From Alphaproteobacteria bacterium (GTDB lineage Bacteria > Pseudomonadota > Alphaproteobacteria > MPNO01): a DNA stretch of 64,000 bases. Within the stretch, counting starts at the first letter, position 1. Each line of letters begins with the position of its first letter. Where the stretch lies: NCBI GenBank assembly GCA_964291675.2, contig OZ219866.1:2368001-2432000 (forward strand), read 5' to 3'. Shown piece after piece: positions 56,559-64,000 of this stretch. Both the position numbers and the translations under genes were made by a program. The notes under the pieces are model-generated. The model had not been told where the DNA came from, did no database searches, and was given only the letters and a program-made list of their open reading frames with translations.

Positions 56559-57689
56559 CTACAGCAGCTCCCGGTAGACCGCGAGCGTCCGTTCGCACAT
56601 CAGCGAGCGGGTGAAACGGCTCGTCACATGGGCGCGCGCCCTGGCCGCGAGAGCGGGTCCGGCGGCGGCCAGGGCCTGGCGGATGCCCTCGGCCAGCGCG
56701 GCGGGATCGCCCGGCGGAACCAGCCACCCGGTCTCCCCCTGTAGCAGGATTTCGCGCGCCGCCCCGAGGTCGCTGGACACCACCGGCAGGCCCATGGCGC
56801 CGGCCTCGGCCAGCACCCGGCCGAAGGACTCCGGCCGGACGGACGCCGGGGCCACGACGTCGCTCGCCGCGTAGGCCGTCGCCATATCGTCGGTTTCCCC
56901 GGCGAAGCGCACCGGCAGCCCGCGCGCCAGTTGCTCGAGTTCCCGCCTATGGGTCTCGCGGCCCTTGTCCGAACCCACGAACACCGCCACCGGCCCCGCA
57001 TCGGCGGGCGCGAGCCGGCGCATCGCTTCGATCAGCACCGCATGGCCCTTGCGGTGGGCGTATCTGCCCGGCAACAGCACCACGCGCGCGGTCTCCGGGA
57101 CTCCCCACGCCGCACGCATCGCAGCCTTGTCGCGGGGACGAACCGCGCCGGGGTCCAGGACGTCCGTGTCGATGCCCTGGTGGACCACCCGGATGCGCGC
57201 CGGCGGACAGGCGTAGAGCTCCTTCATATGCCCTGCGGCGTAGTCGGAGACGGCGATCACCAGGTCGCCCCGGACCATGATCCGGTTGTAGGCGCGCTTG
57301 GCGGCGTTGCCGACGCCATAGATGCTGTGGAAGGTCGTGACGAATGGCACCCCGGCGCGACGGGCGGCCGCCCGGGCGCTCCATGCCGGGGCGCGCGAAT
57401 GGGCATGGACGAGATCCACGCCTTCCCGTCCGATCAGCGCGCTCAGCCGGGCCGCGTTGCGCCACATCCCGAAAGGGTTCTTGCTGTGGACGGGCAGGCG
57501 TATGTGGTCCGTCCCGAGATGCGCCGCCAACCGTCCGCCGGAGGAAGCGACCAGGGCGCGCGCCCCGGCGTCGCGCAGCGCGGCGGCAACGTCCAACGTA
57601 CCGCGCTCGGCACCGCCCGCTTCGAGCGCGGGGAGGACGTGGAGAACGGTCTTGCCCTTTAGCCGGGATCTGGTGGTCGACGGGCTCAT
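56559..57689 (-). CDS. Glycosyltransferase family 4
   Basis: LPALEAGGAERGT, HAHSRAPAW, TTFHSIY, PESFGRVLAEAGAMG (EX7E), ETGWLV. Start approximate. Confidence 0.9.
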   Translation of the reverse strand: MSPSTTRSRLKGKTVLHVLPALEAGGAERGTLDVAAALRDAGARALVASSGGRLAAHLGTDHIRLPVHSKNPFGMWRNAARLSALIGREGVDLVHAHSRAPAWSARAAARRAGVPFVTTFHSIYGVGNAAKRAYNRIMVRGDLVIAVSDYAAGHMKELYACPPARIRVVHQGIDTDVLDPGAVRPRDKAAMRAAWGVPETARVVLLPGRYAHRKGHAVLIEAMRRLAPADAGPVAVFVGSDKGRETHRRELEQLARGLPVRFAGETDDMATAYAASDVVAPASVRPESFGRVLAEAGAMGLPVVSSDLGAAREILLQGETGWLVPPGDPAALAEGIRQALAAAGPALAARARAHVTSRFTRSLMCERTLAVYRELL

Positions 57690-57840
57690 CGAGGCCGGGA
57701 AAATCCGCAAACCTGCCGTCGATGTAAAGGGGGAATGCAACGATGACTCCGCAGAACCTGCCTGGCGCCGAATTCGTTGATCGTCCGCCCCCTCCCGGCT
57801 AGCCTTCGCGCCAGGGTTTCGACCGGCAGGGCGCACGACC

Positions 57841-58632
57841 ATGAAGCTCACAAGCGACCAGATCCACCGGTTCCACGAGACCGGCTACCTGATGCTGCCC
57901 AACCTGTTCTCCGCCGACGAGGCGGAGATCCTGCGCCGGGCCGCCGCCGAGGTCTACGCGATGGACCGCGAGGAGGTGGTGCGCGAGAAGGACGGCACCT
58001 CGCCGCGCACCGCGTTCGCCGCGCATGGCTACCACGACGCGTTCCGGCGGCTCGGCCGCCATCCGCGGCTGATCGGCCCGGTCATGCAGCTCCTCGGCGG
58101 GCCGGTCTACATGCACCAGTACAAGGTCAACGCCAAGGTCGCCTTCGACGGCGACGTCTGGCAGTGGCACCAGGACTACGGCACCTGGTCGCGCGACGAC
58201 CTGATGCCGGAAGCCCGGGCCATGAACATCGCGCTGTTCGTCGACGAGGTGAGCGAATTCAACGGCCCGCTGTGGATCATCCCCGGCTCGCATCGCGACG
58301 GCGTGTTCGAGGCCGGCCACGACCTCCAGACCACCAGCTATCCGCTGTGGACGCTGGACAAGGCCACGGTCGCCGAGCTCGCCAACCGCGGCGGGATCTA
58401 CTCGGCCAAGGGCGAGGCCGGCACCGTGCTGATGTTCCACGGCAACATCGTGCACGCCTCCTCGCCCAACCTGTCGCCCTGGGGCCGGACCATCGTCTAT
58501 CTGTCGCTGTGCCATGTGGACAACCACATCCGGCGCTTCAAGCGGCCCGCATGGATCGCCCATCGCGATTTCGCTCCCATCGAGCCGTTGCCCGACGACT
58601 GCCTGTTGGCGGCGGTCCCGGGGGCGGCGTGA
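57841..58632 (+). CDS. Phytanoyl-CoA dioxygenase (PhyH)-family 2OG oxygenase, ectoine/proline hydroxylase-like
   Basis: YMHQYKVNAK, WQWHQDYGTW (HxD), NGPLWIIPGSH, HASSPNLSP. Confidence 0.88.
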   Translation: MKLTSDQIHRFHETGYLMLPNLFSADEAEILRRAAAEVYAMDREEVVREKDGTSPRTAFAAHGYHDAFRRLGRHPRLIGPVMQLLGGPVYMHQYKVNAKVAFDGDVWQWHQDYGTWSRDDLMPEARAMNIALFVDEVSEFNGPLWIIPGSHRDGVFEAGHDLQTTSYPLWTLDKATVAELANRGGIYSAKGEAGTVLMFHGNIVHASSPNLSPWGRTIVYLSLCHVDNHIRRFKRPAWIAHRDFAPIEPLPDDCLLAAVPGAA

Positions 58633-59990
58633 ACCTCCACCGCCTGCTGCTGGAGCGCGAAGCGGAGGAGAACCCGGTCCGGGTCGGCATCCTCGGCTGC
58701 GGCAAGTTCGCCTCGATGTTCCTGGCCCAGGCGATCCGCACGCCCGGCATCCATGTCGCCGGGATCGCCGATCTCGACCCGGCGGGGGCGCGCGCCAACC
58801 TGGCGCGCATCGGCTGGCCGGCCGAGCGCTCGGCGGCCGCGGACCTCGATGCCGCGCTCGGTAGCGGCGGCACCTGGATCGGCGACGACATCGAGGCGCC
58901 GTTCCGCCACGGAGCCATCGACCTGGTGGTCGACGCCACCGGCGACCCGCAAGCTGGCCTGCGCCACGCGCTGCTGGCCTGCGAGACCGGCACGTCGATC
59001 GTCATGGTCAATGTCGAGGCCGACGCGCTCGCCGGGCCGCTGCTGGCCGAGAGGGCGCGCGCGGCCGGCATCGTCTACTCGCTCGCCTATGGCGACCAGC
59101 CGGCGCTGATCTGCGACCTGGTCGACTGGGCGCGGGCGAGCGGCTTCGAGGTGACGGCGGCGGGGCGGGGCCACAAATGGCTGCCCGAGTTCCAGTTCTA
59201 CACGCCGGACAATGTGTGGGACGGCTACGGGCTGACGGCGGACGACGCCCGGGAGGGCGGGCTCAACCCGAAAATGTTCACCTCCTTCCTCGACGGCACC
59301 AAGCCGGCGATCGAGAGCGCCGCGGTCGCCAACGCCACCGGCCTGACGGCGGCGCCGGACGGGCTCGCCTACCCGCCGGCCGGCATCGATGCGCTGCCCG
59401 AAATCTGCCGGCCGCGCGGCGAAGGCGGCGCGCTGCACCACAAGGGGCAGGTGGAGGTCGTGTCGTCGCTCGAACGCGACAGCCGGCCGCTCGACTACGA
59501 CATCCGCTTCGGCGTCTTCGTCGCCTTCGAGGCGGACAGCGACTACATCGCCCGCTGCTTTCGCGAATACGGCGTCAGGACCGATGAGACCGGCCGCTAC
59601 GCGGCGATGTACAAGCGCTGGCACCTGATCGGGCTGGAGCTCGGCATCAGCGTCGCCAGCGTCGCGCTCCGCGGCGAGCCGACGGGGGCGGCGACCGGCT
59701 GGCGGGCCGATGCGGTGGCCGTCGCCAAGCGCGACCTGCGGCCGGGCGAATCGCTCGACGGCGAGGGCGGCTACACCGTTTCCGGCCGGCTGATGCCGGC
59801 CGCGGCCTCGCTGGCGCAGGCCGCCCTGCCGATGGGGCTCACGCACGGCGTGCGCGTGGTCGCCCCGGTGGCGAAGGGCGGGCTCGTCCGCTGGTCGGAT
59901 GTGGCGGCCGACCCCGTCGATCCCGCGGTGCGGCTGCGTCGCGAAATGGAGGAACGCTACGGGCCGGCGCTCAGGGAGGCCGCCGAGTAG
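58629..59990 (+). CDS. NAD(P)-dependent oxidoreductase, homoserine dehydrogenase-like with C-terminal SAF domain
   Basis: GTG overlaps the upstream stop; VGILGCGKF, MVNVEAD, AYGDQP, SFLDGTK, AKRDLRPGESLDGEGG. Confidence 0.87.
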   Translation: MNLHRLLLEREAEENPVRVGILGCGKFASMFLAQAIRTPGIHVAGIADLDPAGARANLARIGWPAERSAAADLDAALGSGGTWIGDDIEAPFRHGAIDLVVDATGDPQAGLRHALLACETGTSIVMVNVEADALAGPLLAERARAAGIVYSLAYGDQPALICDLVDWARASGFEVTAAGRGHKWLPEFQFYTPDNVWDGYGLTADDAREGGLNPKMFTSFLDGTKPAIESAAVANATGLTAAPDGLAYPPAGIDALPEICRPRGEGGALHHKGQVEVVSSLERDSRPLDYDIRFGVFVAFEADSDYIARCFREYGVRTDETGRYAAMYKRWHLIGLELGISVASVALRGEPTGAATGWRADAVAVAKRDLRPGESLDGEGGYTVSGRLMPAAASLAQAALPMGLTHGVRVVAPVAKGGLVRWSDVAADPVDPAVRLRREMEERYGPALREAAE

Positions 59991-60008
59991 TCTGCCGGCG
60001 TCACCGGA

Positions 60009-61604
60009 TCATGCGGCCGCCTTGATCATGTCGGCCGCCTTCTCGCCGATCATGATGGCGGGCGCGTTGGTGTTGCCGCCGACGATCCTCGGCATGATCG
60101 AGCAGTCGGCGACCCGCAGCCCCTCGATTCCCCGGACGCGCAGCTCGGCATCGACCACCGCCATGTCGTCGGTCCCCATCTTGCAGGTGCCCACGGGGTG
60201 GAAGATCGTCGTCCCGAAACGCCGGATATAGGCGGCGAGGTCCTCGTCGGATTGAACCTGCTCGCCGGGCTCGACCTCGCGGGGCCGGTATTTGCCGAAC
60301 ACGTCGGCATGAATGATGCGCCGGCACTCCTTCAGCCCCTTGAGGAGCACCGCGAGGTCTTCCTCCTCGGAAAAGAAGCGGGGATCGATGACCGGGGCCG
60401 CGCCGGGATCGGACGAAGCAAGGCTCACCGTGCCGCGGCTCCTCGGGCGGAGCAGCACCGCGATGGCCGAATAGCCGTGGCCGCTCTCGATCATCTTGGG
60501 CGGCGGCGCGCGATGGCCGGGGATGAACACGAGCTGGATGTCGGGCCGGTCGAGCCCCGGCCCGGTGTGCATGAAGCCGCCCGACTCGATCAGGTTCGAC
60601 GAATAGATGCCGCGCCGCGCCAAGACGTATTTGATGGCATCCAGCGCGAGCGACGGCGCCTTGGGCCAGGAGAACCCCCAGGGAATCCGCGACTCCGTGC
60701 GCATCATCGCGTAGATCCCGATGTGGTCCTGCAGGTTCTTGCCGACACCCGGCAGGTGGTGGGCCGGCTCGATCCCGTGACCGGCGACTTCCCCCCGGTC
60801 GCCGATCCCAGATAGCATCAGGATCTTGGGCGATGCGATGGCCCCGGCCGAGAGTATGACCTCGCGGCGAGCCTCGGCCGCCCGCCCGTCGCCCAGATCG
60901 ACCCCGGTCGCGCGCCCGTTCTCCAGCCGGATCCGGCTCACCGCGGCGTCGGTCATGACGGTGAAGTTCCCGCGCTTCATCGCCGGGCGGACATAGGCCA
61001 TCGCGGTCGACCAGCGGCGCCCGTTCTTCTGGGTCACCTGGTGCTGCCCCACCCCCTCCTGCGCGTCCCCGTTGAAGTCGGGGTTGTGCCGGTGCTGGAG
61101 CGACTCCGCGGCGGCGACGAAATCCTTCTCCAGCGGGCTCGCGATGTTGCAGAAGGTGACGTTGAGCGGCCCGCCGGTGCCGTGGTGCTCGCTGTCGCCG
61201 TACTGTTCGTTGTTCTCCGCCTTGAGGAAATACGGCTTTACGTCGGCCCACGACCAGCCCGGATTGCCGAGCTCCGCCCATTCGTCGTAGTCGAGCGGGT
61301 TGCCGCGGATATAGACCATGGCGTTGATCGAGCTCGTCCCGCCCAGGGTCTTGCCGCGGGGGACGAAGATCTCGCGGCCGTTCATCGTCTCCTGCGGCTT
61401 GGAGAAGAACCGCCAGTTGACCTTGCGATGGCGGGGCAGGCGCATCACCCCCATGGGGACGTGGATGAAGGGGCTGCGGTCGGGCGGCCCCGCCTCGAGC
61501 AGGCATACCGAGACCGACGGGTCCTCGCTCAGCCGGTTGGCGATCACCGCCCCGGCCGAGCCGGCCCCGATGACGACGTAGTCGAATGCGGGCGTTCCGG
61601 TCAT
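60009..61604 (-). CDS. GMC family oxidoreductase (choline/alcohol dehydrogenase-like)
   Basis: GAGSAG, RGKTLGGTSSINAM, GKNLQDH, FHPVGTCKMG, GNTNAP. Confidence 0.93.
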   Translation of the reverse strand: MTGTPAFDYVVIGAGSAGAVIANRLSEDPSVSVCLLEAGPPDRSPFIHVPMGVMRLPRHRKVNWRFFSKPQETMNGREIFVPRGKTLGGTSSINAMVYIRGNPLDYDEWAELGNPGWSWADVKPYFLKAENNEQYGDSEHHGTGGPLNVTFCNIASPLEKDFVAAAESLQHRHNPDFNGDAQEGVGQHQVTQKNGRRWSTAMAYVRPAMKRGNFTVMTDAAVSRIRLENGRATGVDLGDGRAAEARREVILSAGAIASPKILMLSGIGDRGEVAGHGIEPAHHLPGVGKNLQDHIGIYAMMRTESRIPWGFSWPKAPSLALDAIKYVLARRGIYSSNLIESGGFMHTGPGLDRPDIQLVFIPGHRAPPPKMIESGHGYSAIAVLLRPRSRGTVSLASSDPGAAPVIDPRFFSEEEDLAVLLKGLKECRRIIHADVFGKYRPREVEPGEQVQSDEDLAAYIRRFGTTIFHPVGTCKMGTDDMAVVDAELRVRGIEGLRVADCSIMPRIVGGNTNAPAIMIGEKAADMIKAAA

Positions 61605-61634
61605 TTCGGGTCTCCTCCCCGGCCCAGGCGCCGC

Positions 61635-62645
61635 TCAGGCGACGATCGGCCTGCGCCCGTGTACCGGGTAGCGGGGCCAGGTATAGCCCGGCGTCGCGGG
61701 GTGGCCGGGCGCCACCAGCCTGTCGCAGAACGCCTCGTCGCGCGCGGTGAACGCGGCGTCGAGCGCGCCCAGATAGGCCTCCCACTGCGCCACCGTGCGG
61801 GGACCCGCGATCACGCTCGAGACCAGCCGGTTGTTGAGCAGCCACCGCATCGCGAAATCGGCGACGCTGGTGCCGGCCGGGCCGATGCGGCGCTCGATCC
61901 TGGACACCACGCGGAACGCCTCCTTTTGCATGTCCCGGTTGAGGATGCTGGCATCGCCCCGCCCGGCACGGCTGTCGGCCGGCGGAGCGGTTTCGGGCCG
62001 GTACTTGCCCGTCAGCACGCCGCGGGCCAGCGGGGAGTAGGGCGCGACCCCGATCCCGTAATACTCGCAGGCCGGCAGCAGGTCGGACTCGGGCTGCCGG
62101 TTGACCAGGTTGTAGAGCGGCTGGGCGACCACCGGGCGCGGCGTGCCCAGCTTGTCGCAGAGCCGGATCAACTCGCCCACCTGCCAGGCGCGGTGATTGG
62201 AGAATCCCCAATAGGAGGCCTTGCCGCTGGCGATGATGTCGCCCATCGCGCCCACGCTCTCCTCCAGCGGCGTGTCCCAGTCCACATGGTGCATATAGTA
62301 GATGTCGACATGGTCGGTCCCCAGCCGGTCGAGCGACCGGTCGATCGCCTCCAGCATCCATTTCCGCGACAGCCCGCGCTTGCGTTCCGGCGGGCCGTCC
62401 TGCTGACCGACCTTGGTGGCCAGAATCCAGCTCTCCCGGTCCTCGGCGAGCAGCGCGGCCAGCATCTCCTCCGACTTCCCGCCGTTATAGGCATCGGCGG
62501 TGTCGATGAAGTTGACGCCGCGCTCGCGGGCGATCTCCACCATCCTGCGCGCCTCCGCCTCGCCCGTCGTGGCGCCGAAATTCATCGTGCCGAGACAGAC
62601 GGTCGAGACCCGAAGGCCGCTGTCGCCGAGATAGCGATAGTCCAT
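61635..62645 (-). CDS. Aldo/keto reductase
   Basis: CLGTMNFG, IDTADAY, LATK, DIYYMH, QPLYN, YSPLARG. Confidence 0.92.
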   Translation of the reverse strand: MDYRYLGDSGLRVSTVCLGTMNFGATTGEAEARRMVEIARERGVNFIDTADAYNGGKSEEMLAALLAEDRESWILATKVGQQDGPPERKRGLSRKWMLEAIDRSLDRLGTDHVDIYYMHHVDWDTPLEESVGAMGDIIASGKASYWGFSNHRAWQVGELIRLCDKLGTPRPVVAQPLYNLVNRQPESDLLPACEYYGIGVAPYSPLARGVLTGKYRPETAPPADSRAGRGDASILNRDMQKEAFRVVSRIERRIGPAGTSVADFAMRWLLNNRLVSSVIAGPRTVAQWEAYLGALDAAFTARDEAFCDRLVAPGHPATPGYTWPRYPVHGRRPIVA

Positions 62646-62823
62646 TTGTTTCTCCCAACGCGCCCACCGGGGTTGCCGTCCCCCGCACGCGGGACACACT
62701 ACCCGGACACCCCGCCGAGTCGACGGGGAAATCGATCTCCACGGTTGACTCGGTGCGGCGCGCGGTAACGACTCGTGGCGGGTTCGACCCGATCCGGCGA
62801 TCGGGACGGTTGGGAGCCGGCGC

Positions 62824-63699
62824 TTGGAGATCCTTCAGCTCGCGGTCAGCGGTCTTGCCAATGGCTGCATATACGGCCTGATCGCGCTCGGCTTCGTGCT
62901 GATCTACAAGGCGACCGAGCAGGTCAATTTCGCGCAGGGCGACCTGATGATGCTGGGCGCGTTTATCGCGCTCGGGCTCGGCAACGCCTCCCATGTGGGC
63001 GCGCCGTTCTGGGCCGCCTGCGCCGGGGCGATACTCGCGATGGCGGCGATCGGGTGGCTGCTGGAGCGCGCGGTCCTGCGTCCGATCCTGGGGCAGCCAC
63101 AGATCGCGGTGATGATCCTGACGATCGCGCTCGGCTTCGTGCTGCGCTTCCTTGCGGGCGCCATCTGGGGCCACGACCCGCTGGCGCTGGAAACCCCGAT
63201 CGCCGGCGCGAATCTGCGCTTCGGCGGGCTGATCCTGGGGGCGGACGAGATTGCCGCGATCGTCGTCACGCTGCTCCTGACCGGGCTTCTCTTCGCCTTC
63301 TTCAGCCGCACCCGGCTCGGCGTCGCCATGCAGGCGTCGAGCCAGAACCAGCTCGCCGCCTACTACATGGGCATCCCGGTGAAGCGGATACACGGGCTGA
63401 CCTGGGCGCTGGCCGGCGCGACGGCGGCGGTGGCCGGGATCCTGTTCGCCTCCAAGGGCTCGATAGACCCGGGCACCGGCTTTCTCGGCATCAAGGCGTT
63501 CGCCGCCGCCGTGATCGGTGGGTTCGGGTCGCTGCCCGGGGCGTTGGCGGGCGGGCTGATCGTCGGGCTGATCGAGCCCTTCGCGAGCCGCTACGTCTCC
63601 GCCGGCTACGCACAGATCGCACCCTATGCGGCGATGATCCTGGTGCTGATCGTCCGCCCGCACGGCATTTTCGCGCAGGTGCGCGCGAAGAAGGTCTGA
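62824..63699 (+). CDS. livH: Branched-chain amino acid ABC transporter permease (LivH-like)
   Basis: YGLIALGFVLIY, NFAQG, TRLGVAMQA, KAFAAAVIGG.GS, RPHGIF. TTG start. Confidence 0.9.
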   Translation: MEILQLAVSGLANGCIYGLIALGFVLIYKATEQVNFAQGDLMMLGAFIALGLGNASHVGAPFWAACAGAILAMAAIGWLLERAVLRPILGQPQIAVMILTIALGFVLRFLAGAIWGHDPLALETPIAGANLRFGGLILGADEIAAIVVTLLLTGLLFAFFSRTRLGVAMQASSQNQLAAYYMGIPVKRIHGLTWALAGATAAVAGILFASKGSIDPGTGFLGIKAFAAAVIGGFGSLPGALAGGLIVGLIEPFASRYVSAGYAQIAPYAAMILVLIVRPHGIFAQVRAKKV

Positions 63700-63703
63700 G
63701 CCG

Positions 63704-64000
63704 ATGCGGGTGCATTTGAAGACCGGCTACGAGCACGACATCCGCCTGTTCCCCGACAGCCGCGAAGCGCTGCGCTACGCGGCACTGGTCGCCGTCGCCG
63801 CAGCGCTTCCCCTGCTGCTCGACGACTTCCTGATCGGCGAGGCGACCAACGTGCTGATCTGGGCGATCGCCGGGATGGGGCTGATGCTGCTGACCGGGCA
63901 TGCCGGGCAGCCCAGCCTCGGCCACGCGGCGTTCCTCGCCGCCGGCTGCTATGCCAACGCCATCCTGATGGACCGTTTCGGCCTGCCTTTCCTCGTCTCG
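63704..64000 (+). CDS. livM: Branched-chain amino acid ABC transporter permease (LivM-like), 3'-truncated
   Basis: Manual translation MRVHLKTGYEHDIRLF...GLMLLTGHAGQPSLGHAAF, open to the window end. Not in the ORF track. Confidence 0.85.
   Translation, partial: MRVHLKTGYEHDIRLFPDSREALRYAALVAVAAALPLLLDDFLIGEATNVLIWAIAGMGLMLLTGHAGQPSLGHAAFLAAGCYANAILMDRFGLPFLVS

Noticed and set aside
51865-58632. Assigning the symbols dmdA (51865..53286) and ectD (57841..58632)
   Set aside because: Only family-level similarity is visible, with no supporting pathway genes (dmdBCD, ectABC) in the window.
612-63925. Many long overlapping or antisense ORFs in the track (e.g. 3235..4995-, 26681..29023+ upstream part, 49673..51658+, 54446..56302-, 60001..62361-)
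   Set aside because: They are Arg/Gly/Pro/Ala-rich shadow frames expected at high GC, have no family motifs, and overlap well-supported genes.

Overview
High-GC bacterial chromosome segment. Gene content and repeat type suggest an alphaproteobacterium, and several genes suggest a marine, possibly sponge-associated lifestyle; both are inferences. It holds about 58 densely packed CDSs, almost all small-molecule catabolism or uptake: four Rieske oxygenase alpha subunits, four Fe(II)/2OG oxygenases, flavin monooxygenases, amidohydrolases, two TRAP systems, a TTT system and a Liv-type ABC system. I recognised no transcription regulator, ferredoxin/reductase, transposase, RNA gene or CRISPR array. 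Highlights: (1) a lower-GC, eukaryote-type sterol C24-methyltransferase with altered motif residues; (2) an alkyl sulfatase directly upstream of an A-type halohydrin dehalogenase, a candidate route for degrading halogenated alkyl sulfates such as chlorosulfolipids; (3) four ~110-bp REP-doublet (REPIN-like) elements with covarying C-GNA-G hairpins and a fixed 27-28 nt spacer; (4) a lower-GC TRAP cassette flanked by a full and an internally deleted copy of one dehydrogenase gene; (5) a 117-bp in-frame duplication in a DmdA-like demethylase; (6) a Rieske/Rid divergent pair that occurs twice. All calls come from motif recognition by eye, with no database searches. Several starts were moved from the ORF track to the most plausible codon.
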